Positions 18,226 to 27,513 of a stretch of 64,000 nucleotides of DNA are shown here, one piece after another. The stretch is from positions 42,070-106,069 of the forward strand of contig JBBTSO010000005.1 in NCBI GenBank assembly GCA_038064695.1, in the 5' to 3' direction. The first letter of the stretch is position 1. Each line of letters begins with the position of its first letter. This stretch comes from Patescibacteria group bacterium. Lineage in GTDB: Bacteria > Patescibacteriota > Minisyncoccia > Phycocordibacterales > Phycocordibacteraceae. The notes below the pieces were generated by a model. It did not search any database, was not told the origin of the DNA, and worked only from the letters and a program-made list of their open reading frames with translations. The translations under genes were made by a program, and so were the position numbers.

Positions 18226-18876
18226 TTGACACTCATTCCTTCGTTTGGCATCGTTCGGAGAATGTCTGAACTCACTACCTTTTTTAAACATTCCGTACAC
18301 ACCACTAACTATTATTTTGGAGGGGATGAAGCGTCAAAAACAAAAACCAATGTTAGCGCTTTGGTATGGGCACTTGCGGTGGGTGCGGGTGTTGCAGTGT
18401 TTATCGCTCTTGAGCAAGGCGACGTCCCTGATGGAGACGATCAATCCCCCTATGGTACCGACCGAGCCGCGGGAGAAGATGAGGCAGGGCGTAAAGTGCG
18501 TGAGCGAGGGGGCGGGAGAGACAGCGGGGAAGTACGCGAGTATCGGAGTTGGATGTCCATGTCTAACGATGAACTTCTCGCTTACTATCATGAACATTAT
18601 GAGGGATTGTCTCGGGGGAAATTAGCGCAACTTGATGAGAATTTTTATAGCGCTCTCAGAAGGCGTGGCCTCATTGATGAAATTCCTTTCGCACAGCAAA
18701 ACGATTGGGCGTCTATGTCTGACCAACAACTTTTAGATTATTATCACGATCGTTACGAGGGTGTGTCTCGGGGAAAGTTACGGGAAGTTGATCAAAATCT
18801 TTATCACGCACTTTGGAAACGCGGTCTTCTTGACGAAATTCCAACCGCGAGAGAGCTGAAAGAAGAAAAACAATAA
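18226..18876 (+). CDS. hypothetical protein with a TM segment and two 48-aa tandem repeats
   Basis: The repeats are MSNDELLAYYHEHYEGLSRGKLAQLDENFYSALRRRGLIDEIP and MSDQQLLDYYHDRYEGVSRGKLREVDQNLYHALWKRGLLDEIP. Confidence 0.45.
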   Translation: MTLIPSFGIVRRMSELTTFFKHSVHTTNYYFGGDEASKTKTNVSALVWALAVGAGVAVFIALEQGDVPDGDDQSPYGTDRAAGEDEAGRKVRERGGGRDSGEVREYRSWMSMSNDELLAYYHEHYEGLSRGKLAQLDENFYSALRRRGLIDEIPFAQQNDWASMSDQQLLDYYHDRYEGVSRGKLREVDQNLYHALWKRGLLDEIPTARELKEEKQ

Positions 18877-18940
18877 CTGTTTTTATTCAGTTATGACGCA
18901 CCATTGCTAAAACAAGGGTTTTTAGGTAGTATAGGGCGAT

Positions 18941-19255
18941 ATGAAACTAGCTGTTATAAAGACCGGTGGGAAGCAGTACCTTGCGGAAGTGGGGACTGTT
19001 TTGACCGTTGAAAAGTTTGGGAAAGACCTCAAAAAAGGCGACAAAGTGAGCTTTGAAAATGTCCTTTTGACCGACGACGGAAAGAGTACGTCAGTGGGAA
19101 TGCCAGAGTTGAAGGGTGAAAAAGTTGACGCGGAAGTTATTGCCGTCGGGAAAGGTGAAAAGAAAGTGGTACTCCGCTACAAAGCAAAGAGTAACTACAA
19201 GAAGAAGAAAGGTCACCGACAGCCGTTTGTGAAGGTGAAAATTACTTCGGTGTAG
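18941..19255 (+). CDS. rplU: 50S ribosomal protein L21
   Basis: 104 aa with the bL21 signature (MKLAVIKTGGKQY). Confidence 0.92.
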   Translation: MKLAVIKTGGKQYLAEVGTVLTVEKFGKDLKKGDKVSFENVLLTDDGKSTSVGMPELKGEKVDAEVIAVGKGEKKVVLRYKAKSNYKKKKGHRQPFVKVKITSV

Positions 19256-19305
19256 TATGAGTCACCACAAAGAAACACTTGCTGGTTTCTTTGTAGATAT
19301 GGAAG

Positions 19306-19336
19306 AGGGATGGGGGACTAGTGCCCTCTTTTTTCT
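19306..19336 (+). terminator. rho-independent terminator for rplU
   Basis: agagggatgggggactagtgccctcttttttc. It is preceded by a second strong 10-bp hairpin at 19266-19295. Confidence 0.6.
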
Positions 19337-19523
19337 TACAGGCCTACTGGTCCTACGCCTTTGGTTTCGTCTTCGAGGCCGTTAACGTATGAGTATATTT
19401 GAACGTGATGCGTTTGTAATACAGGGAGACTCGGTCAGTATTGGGGAGTTGTTTTTTTGGAATGAGTGCAGCATCAGTTTTGGTGAGCTGCGCGCTCGGA
19501 GTCTTTTCTTCACGTAGGAAATT

Positions 19524-20129
19524 TTAGTGTCTCCCTGAAAGAGCACTACGGAGCGTTTCCTGGTCGGCGTACTCAATTTCAGCACCGAGCGAGAGCCCAC
19601 GTGCGGGAAGTGAAACGCGTAACGCGGGCTGTTTTTCGTTCAGTACATTTTTTATTTCTTTTGCGGTGAAGTCTCCTTCGGGAGTGGTCGCGAATGCAAG
19701 AATAACTTCCTTCACTTTTTGGTCATCGTGGAGGCGTTTCAAAAGGGCTTCAAGTCGTGGCGCTGAAGCAGTTTTGCGGTTACTCCGGAGTGGCATGAGC
19801 GCGCCGAGTACAAAGTAGTACCCTTTGTATGCGCCTGACGATTCTATACCTTCAATATCAACGTCTTTTTCTACCACCAGAAGAGTTTCCGTGTCTCGAG
19901 TTGAGTTGGCACATAGTGAACACAACACTCCTTGATGAATATCGTCAAAGCGAAAGCAGCTGCTGCACTGCTTCACGTGCGTTGCAAGTTCGCGCATTGC
20001 TTCAGAGAGTTTTTGGGGAAAGCGTTTGTCGCTCCTCAATATAAACTGCACAATGCGGCGTGCCTGGCGCGGGCCAATGCCTGGCAGCTCAGCAAAAAGA
20101 TCGGTGAGTGATTGAATCGGGTGAGTCAT
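19524..20129 (-). CDS. recR: recombination protein RecR
   Basis: 201 aa with the HhH (ELPGIGPRQARRI) and C4 zinc-finger (CSSC..C) motifs and a Toprim domain. Confidence 0.9.
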   Translation of the reverse strand: MTHPIQSLTDLFAELPGIGPRQARRIVQFILRSDKRFPQKLSEAMRELATHVKQCSSCFRFDDIHQGVLCSLCANSTRDTETLLVVEKDVDIEGIESSGAYKGYYFVLGALMPLRSNRKTASAPRLEALLKRLHDDQKVKEVILAFATTPEGDFTAKEIKNVLNEKQPALRVSLPARGLSLGAEIEYADQETLRSALSGRH

Positions 20130-20138
20130 GAGAAATGT

Positions 20139-21536
20139 TTAGAAGTCGTCCGCGAGGCTCGCGCCACCAGCAGGTGTTGCCACCGTATGAGGAGCGTAGT
20201 TACTCTTATCAATACTGAGGAAGGTGGTGCGCTTTTCGTCAAAGTAGAGGTCAATTTTTCCAACCGCGCCGTTTCGGTGTTTTTCAATCAAAATTTCAGC
20301 AATGTTATTTTGCTCCACTTCTGAGTTCATGCGATCTTCACGGTGAATGAACATAACCACGTCAGCGTCTTGTTCAATGGCGCCTGAGTCACGGAGGTCT
20401 GAGAGGCGCGGTTTGCCACGGCGCGTTTCAACGGCACGTGAAAGTTGAGAGAGCGCCAACACAGGGACTTCTAATTCACGGGCAAGTGTTTTTAGTGAGC
20501 GAGAAATTTCAGTCACCTGTTGCACCATAGAGTCGGACGCGCGCGTGGCGGTCGGCGCCATCAACTGCAAGTAGTCCACCACCAAGAGTCCGATGCCGTG
20601 TTCACGTTTAAGCCTGCGCGCTACAGAGCGCATGGTGACGGCGTTGGTTGCCGGTTGATCGTCAATGTAAATGGGCGCCTTAGAAAGTTTTTCCATCGCG
20701 GTGCGTACTTTTTGGAAGTCTTCATCACTTTTTATTTTTCCGGTACGCAAGTCCCACGCGCTCACTTTTGCTTCAGCGGCGAGCATACGATCCACCAACT
20801 GTTGAGAGCTCATTTCAAGCGAAAAGATTCCGACAGGAGTTTGGTAGTTGATCGCCGTTTGACGCGCGATGTCCAAGGCGAGTGCTGTTTTACCCATTGA
20901 GGGGCGTGCCGCGAGAATAATAAGGTCAGAGGGTTGGAACCCCGCGAGTATTGCGTCAAGGCCAGGGAAGCCGGTAGGAACCCCACGAAGCGCGTGATCT
21001 CCGCTATGGAGCGTTTCAAAGCGATCCCATGCTTCGCCCAACATATCCTTCATAGGCACAAACTTTCGCATGGTGGGTGAGGAGGTGACTTCGCTCATAC
21101 GTTTATCAGCGGTATCCAACAGTTGTTCAATGTTTTGTGATTCGTCGTAGCCAAGTTCAGTAATGTCACCCGCGGCGTCAATTAGGGCGCGCATCATTGC
21201 TTTTTTCTGAACAATTTCAGCGTAGTATTTGAGGTTTGCCGATGAAGGCACCATACCGACAAGCTCGGCGAGGTACGCGTTGCCACCGACGCGGTCCAGT
21301 TCGTTTATTTCTTTGAGGCGGTTTGCAACCGAGAGAAGGTCGATAGGGTTTGAACCACTCATCAGGTCAATCATGGCGCGAAAAATCGCGCGGTGTTTTT
21401 CAATATAAAAAGATTCCGCGGATATAAGGTCAATGGCGTCGTACACCGCCTCTGACTTGAGCATAATGGAGCCAAGAAGCGCGCGTTCTGCTTCTAGGTT
21501 TTGAGGAGGTACACGCGCGTGGAGTGGATCGGTCAT
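20139..21536 (-). CDS. dnaB: replicative DNA helicase DnaB
   Basis: 465 aa with the N-terminal DnaB domain (ERALLGSIM), Walker A (ARPSMGKTA), Walker B (LLVVDYLQLM) and an arginine finger region. Confidence 0.92.
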   Translation of the reverse strand: MTDPLHARVPPQNLEAERALLGSIMLKSEAVYDAIDLISAESFYIEKHRAIFRAMIDLMSGSNPIDLLSVANRLKEINELDRVGGNAYLAELVGMVPSSANLKYYAEIVQKKAMMRALIDAAGDITELGYDESQNIEQLLDTADKRMSEVTSSPTMRKFVPMKDMLGEAWDRFETLHSGDHALRGVPTGFPGLDAILAGFQPSDLIILAARPSMGKTALALDIARQTAINYQTPVGIFSLEMSSQQLVDRMLAAEAKVSAWDLRTGKIKSDEDFQKVRTAMEKLSKAPIYIDDQPATNAVTMRSVARRLKREHGIGLLVVDYLQLMAPTATRASDSMVQQVTEISRSLKTLARELEVPVLALSQLSRAVETRRGKPRLSDLRDSGAIEQDADVVMFIHREDRMNSEVEQNNIAEILIEKHRNGAVGKIDLYFDEKRTTFLSIDKSNYAPHTVATPAGGASLADDF

Positions 21537-21661
21537 CTCTATATTTTACCACCAGCACCACCAAAGTATGCATAGAGAAGGGGAGCGGCTTAGGAACAGC
21601 TTTATCCACGGTGTTATTAAGATTTGACAACCGTTATTTTTAATGTAATTTAAATACTATT

Positions 21662-21793
21662 ATGTCCGTCATTAGTGCACACGAAAAACCCCGAGTAGGT
21701 GACCCTACCTTTACCACCATTCAAGCATCTTTATGGATTGCCGTTATCGGTGCAATTTGTGTTGGTGCTGCCTTTAAAATGATTGACTCTTAA
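21662..21793 (+). CDS. possible 43-aa membrane peptide
   Basis: An ATG-initiated ORF (MSVISAHEK...AAFKMIDS) lies below the track cutoff. A TTGACA hexamer sits about 33 nt upstream. Speculative. Confidence 0.2.
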   Translation: MSVISAHEKPRVGDPTFTTIQASLWIAVIGAICVGAAFKMIDS

Positions 21794-21818
21794 AGGTTAG
21801 ACTTGAAATGATTTAGAG

Positions 21819-22733
21819 TTAAAACCACTTTTTTAGTTTAAAGTACGTAAAGAAGAGGAGGGTCAAAACAACCATACCGCCGACGATAATCCAAAAACCA
21901 TTGGGGTCGTTCACCACGGGGGTGTATGCGGTGTTCATGCCAAACACTGCCGCAATAACAGACAGCGGAAAGGTGAGGAAGGCCACTATGGTGAGATTTT
22001 TGGTGATTTCGTTTTGGCGCGTAAACAACAATGCCATGTTTGTATCGCGAAGTTCGGTGACAATGTCGTTCATAATGAGCGCGCGGTTGTGGACGCGGTA
22101 GTGGAGTGTGTTGGCAGCGCGAACGTACCGGCTCATCTCGTTTCCAAAAAGTGTCGCTACCGCTTTTTCAAACGCTTCCAAAATTTCGTGGTGAGTGCCG
22201 AGCAGGCGCTTGTGCATTAAGAGTTCACGTGAGGCAAACGAAAGCGCGGTAACCATTTTTCGCTCTTTTCCGCTGAAAATATTTTCTTCTATGGTTTCAA
22301 TGGTATCCTCTAGCGCGTCCAACTCATGGTCGGCGGCTTGGTAGAGACGCTGCGTGAGCTCAAGAAATATGAGTCCCGTTGGAGTTGCCGTGTCCTGATT
22401 TTTCCGCAGACTTGCGGCTTCCAGCGCTTTGGCGAGGTCAAAGGTGGCACTCGCGGTCGCGTAGTGTGTCGTAATAATAAAATCTTTTCCAAATACAATG
22501 TCAATTTCATGGTTTGCCTCAAGGCCGTGGGTGTAGCGAAGCGCGGGGAAGTGAAGTACCGCGTATACAAACCCAGGAAACACGTCCAAACGCGGTTTTG
22601 CGGTTGGCGTGACGAGTTCGTCAATTAAAATCTCTCCAAGGTCAAACTCATTTGAAATTGAAACAACTTCATCAATGGTGGGGTTTTCAATATCAACCCA
22701 TTTCACGCCACCGTGTTCGTATCGCGTAATCAT
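21819..22733 (-). CDS. corA: CorA-family Mg2+/Co2+ transporter
   Basis: The GMN motif (VFGMNTAY) lies before two C-terminal TM helices. The start is taken at MITRYEH inside the longer ORF. Confidence 0.8.
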   Translation of the reverse strand: MITRYEHGGVKWVDIENPTIDEVVSISNEFDLGEILIDELVTPTAKPRLDVFPGFVYAVLHFPALRYTHGLEANHEIDIVFGKDFIITTHYATASATFDLAKALEAASLRKNQDTATPTGLIFLELTQRLYQAADHELDALEDTIETIEENIFSGKERKMVTALSFASRELLMHKRLLGTHHEILEAFEKAVATLFGNEMSRYVRAANTLHYRVHNRALIMNDIVTELRDTNMALLFTRQNEITKNLTIVAFLTFPLSVIAAVFGMNTAYTPVVNDPNGFWIIVGGMVVLTLLFFTYFKLKKWF

Positions 22734-22759
22734 TATCACTAAAGTATACCCCAGAGTAC

Positions 22760-24016
22760 GTGCGCGCCAGTGTTTGGTATGGCACAATGCTGTGTATGTT
22801 GTTTCATCCTGAACAGTCAGAAAAAAAGTTTTTTCTCGCGCTCTTTTTCGGCGCTCTCTTGGTGTTTGGTGGTGGCGTATACGTGGGTGCGGTGAACGCG
22901 CCCTATGTGGGGGCTACCGAGGTTTCCGCTGTTCCTCCTGAAAACGTTGATTTTGCTCCGCTCTACAAATCGTGGCGCATTTTGGAAGAAAACTTTGTAA
23001 CGGCAACCACTACCGCAAGTAGTACTGAAGAAGAGCGCATGTGGGGTGCTATTGAAGGCTTAGCGCGTTCCTACGGAGACGACTATACCGTTTTTTTTAG
23101 ACCAGAACAAAAGGAAATTTTTGAAAGTGAAATTCGAGGTGATTTCCAGGGGGTTGGTATGGAAATTGGTGTCCGCGACGAAGTACTCACCGTGATCGCG
23201 CCCCTTAAAGACACTCCTGCCTATAGGGCGGGAATAAAGAGCGGGGATAAAATTTTGGAAATTGATGGCGAGAGTACCGAGGGGCTTACGACCGAAAGCG
23301 CGGTAAAAAAAATTCGTGGTGAGCAGGGGACGACGGTGGTGTTTACCATTTCGCGCGACGGAGGAGCTCCCTTTGAGGTGTCTGTGGTGCGCGACGTTAT
23401 AACCTTACCTACGTTGGATACGGAGCTCACTTCCGACGGAGTGTTCATTATCCGCCTCTACAGTTTCAACGCGCTTGCGCCGCAACTGTTTAGAGACGCA
23501 CTGAGTGAATTTGCAAACGCGCAAACCGACAAAATGATTCTTGACCTTCGGGGCAACCCGGGAGGATATTTGGAAGTTGCTGTTGATATCGCGAGCTGGT
23601 ACCTACCCGTGGGGAAAGCAGTGGTGATTGAAGATTACCAAGATGAAACAAAAAATAACGTGCACCGAAGTCGCGGATACGATGTTTTCACTGACCAACT
23701 AAAACTTGTCATTTTAGTTGACGAAGGTTCAGCATCGGCGTCTGAAATTTTGGCAGGGGCTCTGAGTGAGCATGGAGTGGCAACATTGATTGGAGCAAAA
23801 ACGTTTGGTAAAGGTTCAGTGCAACAGGTGTTCCCTGTTACCGACACGACCGCGCTTAAAATTACTATTGCGCGCTGGCTCACACCAAATGAAACCTCTA
23901 TTTCAGATGGGGGTATTACTCCGGATATAGAAATTGAAATTACTGAAGAAGACCGTGAAGCAGAGCGCGATCCTCAGTTTGAAAGAGCGGTACAGTTTCT
24001 GCTTCAAGGGAACTAG
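22760..24016 (+). CDS. ctpA: carboxyl-terminal processing protease (S41)
   Basis: 418 aa with a PDZ domain (GIKSGDKILEIDG), the S41 motifs LDLRGNPGG and DEGSASASEILAGAL, and an N-terminal TM. Confidence 0.85.
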   Translation: MRASVWYGTMLCMLFHPEQSEKKFFLALFFGALLVFGGGVYVGAVNAPYVGATEVSAVPPENVDFAPLYKSWRILEENFVTATTTASSTEEERMWGAIEGLARSYGDDYTVFFRPEQKEIFESEIRGDFQGVGMEIGVRDEVLTVIAPLKDTPAYRAGIKSGDKILEIDGESTEGLTTESAVKKIRGEQGTTVVFTISRDGGAPFEVSVVRDVITLPTLDTELTSDGVFIIRLYSFNALAPQLFRDALSEFANAQTDKMILDLRGNPGGYLEVAVDIASWYLPVGKAVVIEDYQDETKNNVHRSRGYDVFTDQLKLVILVDEGSASASEILAGALSEHGVATLIGAKTFGKGSVQQVFPVTDTTALKITIARWLTPNETSISDGGITPDIEIEITEEDREAERDPQFERAVQFLLQGN

Positions 24017-24021
24017 GCAGT

Positions 24022-24456
24022 ATGAAAATTATTTTATTAAAGGATGTAAAAAAGGTAGGGCGTAAAGATGAAATTGTAGACGTTTCTAACGGGTACGCGC
24101 AAAACGTGCTTTTACCACAGAAGCTGGGCATTCCCGCAACACCAGACCAAGTAGCGCGCCTAAAAAAACAAGAGGGAAGCGTGATAGAAAAGAAAGCGTA
24201 CGGTGAAGCGCTCCTTACAAAAAGTATAAACGAACTTCGTGGTCAGCGCGTGGTCATTCGCGCGCGTTCAAACGAACAGGGAACACTGTTTCAAACAATT
24301 CATGCGAAGGAAATAGCCGCAGAAATTAAAAAAACACTCCGAGTGGAAATTCCCGAAGATACGCTCGACGTAGAACCCATAAAAAAAACGGGTGAGTATC
24401 CACTCACTGCCCGTTCTTCCTCCGCCAGCGCTCCTTTTACGCTTAGGATTGAGTAG
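24022..24456 (+). CDS. rplI: 50S ribosomal protein L9
   Basis: 144 aa with the bL9 N-terminal signature (MKIILLKDVKKVGRKDEIVDVSNGYAQNVLLP). Confidence 0.9.
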   Translation: MKIILLKDVKKVGRKDEIVDVSNGYAQNVLLPQKLGIPATPDQVARLKKQEGSVIEKKAYGEALLTKSINELRGQRVVIRARSNEQGTLFQTIHAKEIAAEIKKTLRVEIPEDTLDVEPIKKTGEYPLTARSSSASAPFTLRIE

Positions 24457-24982
24457 TGTCTTCTTCAGCTTCTTTCTTTTTCTTTCGAGGTGGAAATAGT
24501 TTTTCCCACATACGCTGAGCAAATCCAATGGTTCTTGTTTGGACTTCTTTTTCTGCGCGTTTTCTTCCCATTATCATTGCGGAAGAAATAATACTCATTA
24601 GCACTTTTGAACCTTTCACCAAACCAACAAATTTTTGAACGTTCATAGCAATAATTCCAATCGTTCCATACCCTGGTGCCTCTTCAATAGGAACATCAAG
24701 TACCCAGTATGCGGCAAATGTAAGAGCACCAAATGCGAACGCGGTGTTTGTTGCGCGTTCTCGCATCTGGAGTTTACGCTTTTTCTTTGGAAGTTCTTCG
24801 CCGTCTCCAGAGTTTTGTTGAGCATCTCGAGGTACGCTTTGAAGAATGTGTGAAGCTCCCCGTTCTTGATAGGGAAGTATGGTTGGAAGATCCGTAGCGG
24901 CAAGTGCTCCTTCTGGCGCAGGTGTTTTTATCGCTTTATTTTGTAAAGCTTCCGACGTGCCTTCTTTTGTCTTGAATGACAT
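24443..24982 (-). CDS. hypothetical membrane protein (179 aa)
   Basis: ORF with two TM segments and Lys-rich termini. Its 3' end overlaps the 3' end of rplI by 14 nt (convergent). Confidence 0.4.
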   Translation of the reverse strand: MSFKTKEGTSEALQNKAIKTPAPEGALAATDLPTILPYQERGASHILQSVPRDAQQNSGDGEELPKKKRKLQMRERATNTAFAFGALTFAAYWVLDVPIEEAPGYGTIGIIAMNVQKFVGLVKGSKVLMSIISSAMIMGRKRAEKEVQTRTIGFAQRMWEKLFPPRKKKKEAEEDTTQS

Positions 24983-25030
24983 AGTGATTAGTATTATAAC
25001 ACAACAAAGATACTTTTGTCAATAAACAAA

Positions 25031-25053
25031 AACCCGCTTTGAAGCGGGTTTTT
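25031..25053. terminator. bidirectional rho-independent terminator (serves rpmA)
   Basis: aacccgc-tttgaa-gcgggttttt with A/T runs on both sides. Confidence 0.65.
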
Positions 25054-25071
25054 AAAAGGAGTGCAGGTGGT

Positions 25072-25344
25072 TTATTTAACGTCTACCACTTTACGGGTGG
25101 TGGTTGAACCGTCAAAGCGAGTTTTTCGTGCTGTTCGGAAAGAAACCACGCCAGCAATTTTTGAAAAAAGAGTGTGATCTTTACCCATATCAACGCCCAG
25201 TCCCGCCATAAATTTAGTGCCTCTCTGGCGCACAATAATGCTTCCTGGCTGCGCCTTTTGACCCTGAGCGAGTTTAACGCCCAGGTACTTTGGATTTGAA
25301 TCGGTTAGGTTTTTTGCCGAACCCGCGGCTTTCTTGGTTGCCAT
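25072..25344 (-). CDS. rpmA: 50S ribosomal protein L27
   Basis: 90 aa with the bL27 signature ([12 protein letters not shown]...[12 protein letters not shown]). Confidence 0.92.
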   Translation of the reverse strand: MATKKAAGSAKNLTDSNPKYLGVKLAQGQKAQPGSIIVRQRGTKFMAGLGVDMGKDHTLFSKIAGVVSFRTARKTRFDGSTTTRKVVDVK

Positions 25345-25348
25345 ATGA

Positions 25349-25381
25349 ATTAGGTTCTAGGTTCTAGGTGTTAGGTTCTAG
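25349..25381. repeat. heptamer tandem repeat (TAGGTTC x4, one variant)
   Basis: ttaggttctaggttctaggtgttaggttctag lies in the rpmA upstream region. Confidence 0.7.
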
Positions 25382-25417
25382 AAAAGAAACAAAACACTGC
25401 TACACTAGGTAAAAGAT

Positions 25418-25801
25418 ATGATACAAAATATTCTTGAAAAAATCAAGGAGTTTCCCCGTGAATATTGGAATGACCTCTTCGTTATTGGGGTCATTTTGGT
25501 GGTGTCTCTAGCCTCATTTGGTTTGGGCAGACTATCGGTCCTCTACACGGAGAAAGAAGAAGAATTTGCGATTTCCTACGTACCGCAGGTTCCTTCTGAG
25601 TCTATTCCACAGGTGGCTGGAGTAGAGGCAGCAACCCCAACAGCACAGGTGTATGTGGCTTCAAAATTGGGTTCTAAATACCACTTGCCGTGGTGTTCGG
25701 GCGCGCAAACTATGAAAGAGGAAAACAAAATTTATTTTAATAGTAAAGCAGAAGCGGAGGCAGCGGGGTACACCCCGGCTCTTAATTGTAAGGGGATATA
25801 A
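25418..25801 (+). CDS. membrane-anchored hypothetical protein with a C-terminal Cys-containing domain reminiscent of the Ada N-terminal metal-binding fold
   Basis: 127 aa with an N-terminal TM. The C-terminal region KYHLPWCSGAQTMKEENKIYFNSKAEAEAAGYTPALNCKG resembles the pattern ...C....ENR.FF.S..EA..AG..PC. It has only 2 Cys. Confidence 0.4.
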   Translation: MIQNILEKIKEFPREYWNDLFVIGVILVVSLASFGLGRLSVLYTEKEEEFAISYVPQVPSESIPQVAGVEAATPTAQVYVASKLGSKYHLPWCSGAQTMKEENKIYFNSKAEAEAAGYTPALNCKGI

Positions 25802-25864
25802 CAAACAACACAGAGCAATGAGCATTCGGGTTATCACTGTTATACGCTATGTGTTATTGTTTCC

Positions 25865-26488
25865 TTGAGTCTCTCTATGATTGTCCTTGATATTGAAGCT
25901 TCAGGAACAGATCCTCATAAACACTCCATTGTTTCCATTGGCGCGCTTGATTTTGATAATCCCGATAACCATTTTTATGACGAGTGTCAGGTGTGGGAAG
26001 GCGCGCACATAGACGACGAGGCGCTCGAGGTCAATGGCTTTACCGAGAATGAAATTACTGATTCTTCCAAAAAAACGGAAGAGGAAGTTGTCCGCGCATT
26101 TATTGGGTGGGCAAAAGATCTTCGCGATTGGACGATAGTAGGGCAAAACCCATCGTTTGATCGCAATTTTTTGCAAGCGGCGTGCGGCCGGGCACATATT
26201 GAATTTCCGTTCGCGCACCGCACGCTTGATACCCATACGCTTGCGTATATGCATATGGTGAAGCGGAACCTCACTCCACCGTTTGACAGTGAAAGACACC
26301 GCACCGCGCTTACCCTGGATAGCATTTTGCAGTACTGCGGAATCCCTGAAGAGCCTTCACCGCATAATGCCCTCACGGGGGCCATGAGCCATGCTGAAGT
26401 AGCGTCGCGACTCCTGTATGACCGAGGTCTTTTATCAGAGTTTGAAATGTTTCCGATTCCTTGGACCGTGAGGAAAATTGCAGAATAG
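25865..26488 (+). CDS. DEDD-family 3'-5' exonuclease (DnaQ/RNase T-like)
   Basis: 207 aa with Exo I (LDIEASG) and Exo II (VGQNPSFDRNF) motifs. The Exo III region (PHNALTGAMSHAE) retains His but lacks the usual Asp. Confidence 0.7.
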   Translation: MSLSMIVLDIEASGTDPHKHSIVSIGALDFDNPDNHFYDECQVWEGAHIDDEALEVNGFTENEITDSSKKTEEEVVRAFIGWAKDLRDWTIVGQNPSFDRNFLQAACGRAHIEFPFAHRTLDTHTLAYMHMVKRNLTPPFDSERHRTALTLDSILQYCGIPEEPSPHNALTGAMSHAEVASRLLYDRGLLSEFEMFPIPWTVRKIAE

Positions 26489-26511
26489 ACACCGTGCTAT
26501 AGTTTTTTGAT

Positions 26512-27231
26512 ATGGATGATCAAAAACCACTGATGCAAACGCCCGAGGAGCACCGTTTGGAAGCGGAGCTTCGTGTATGCGACCCGGAAAAAGTAGGTCG
26601 CGCTAAAGAGATAGAAGAAGCGCGGGTCATGCGCATGGGCACTGAACTGGCTGAAGGGTTTGCTCTTTTACGCAAATATCGCCTCGGGGCAACGTTCTTT
26701 GGTTCCGCGCGGTGTTCAATTGGCGATGATATTTATGAGTCGGCACGTGCGCTCGCCGAAAAATTAGCACAGTCTGGGTTTGCAATCATCACTGGCGGGG
26801 GTGGGGGAGTTATGGAAGCAGCAAACAAAGGAGCGTATGAGGTAGAAGGGGGGATGTCGGTGGGACTCAACATTAAACTTCCCCACGAACAGATCCCAAA
26901 CGGGTACGTTACGGAGAGCAAAACCTTCAATTACTTCTTCAGTCGAAAAGTGATTCTCACGTTTGCTGCTGAAGTCTATATTTACTTTCCCGGGGGTTTT
27001 GGTACCTTCGATGAGCTTTTTGAAATATTGACCCTTATTCAAACGAAGAAAATAAAGCAAGTTCCTGTGGTTTTATATGGAAAAATCTTCTGGGAGCCGG
27101 TCATTTCGTTACTCAAAAAACACCTTCTGGAGGCGTATAAAACCGTTGATGAGGCCGATTTAAGTCTGTTTAAGGTAGTTGATTCAGTTGAAGAAGCGCA
27201 TACGTATATTCTAGATTCGGTAAGGTGCTAA
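26512..27231 (+). CDS. LOG-family protein (TIGR00730-type Rossmann fold, putative nucleotide 5'-monophosphate nucleosidase)
   Basis: 239 aa carrying the GGGxGxME and PGGxGTxxE motifs. Confidence 0.8.
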   Translation: MDDQKPLMQTPEEHRLEAELRVCDPEKVGRAKEIEEARVMRMGTELAEGFALLRKYRLGATFFGSARCSIGDDIYESARALAEKLAQSGFAIITGGGGGVMEAANKGAYEVEGGMSVGLNIKLPHEQIPNGYVTESKTFNYFFSRKVILTFAAEVYIYFPGGFGTFDELFEILTLIQTKKIKQVPVVLYGKIFWEPVISLLKKHLLEAYKTVDEADLSLFKVVDSVEEAHTYILDSVRC

Positions 27232-27361
27232 AGCACCTTGCTCACTGCCTCGGTTCGGGAGTCTTTTTTTGAAAAAAAGATTTCCCTCACTTTACGTTGT
27301 GAGTAAAATGTTAAATACGGCTTTATAGAGCCATATTTTAATAAAAAAGCAAAATACAATC

Positions 27362-27390
27362 TTGACATAGTTTGTCAAGTATGCTACAAT
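27362..27390 (+). promoter_or_regulatory. sigma70-type promoter (TTGACA-17-TACAAT) with a palindromic -35
   Basis: ttgacatagtttgtcaagtatgctacaat. The -35 is embedded in the palindrome TTGACAtagttTGTCAA. Confidence 0.6.
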
Positions 27391-27427
27391 GGGCTCTCAA
27401 AGGAGCCCCACTCAGGGGCTTTTTTTG
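27391..27427 (+). promoter_or_regulatory. leader with mutually exclusive hairpins (antiterminator-like vs terminator-like + U tract)
   Basis: gggctc-tcaaag-gagccc (stem A) overlaps agcccc-actca-ggggct + tttttt (stem B). The two stems share gagccc. Confidence 0.45.
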
Positions 27428-27513
27428 TTGGCTCGACTTAGTCCGAACCGCGTCTGGTGAATTAGGATTTAAAGCACTTGTGCTAGATCCTCAGAAGCTA
27501 AACGCACAAAACA

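Noticed and set aside
19389-19517. 42-aa ATG ORF between rplU and recR
   Set aside because: No RBS-like sequence and no recognisable features. The region is better explained as two terminator hairpins plus a convergent spacer.
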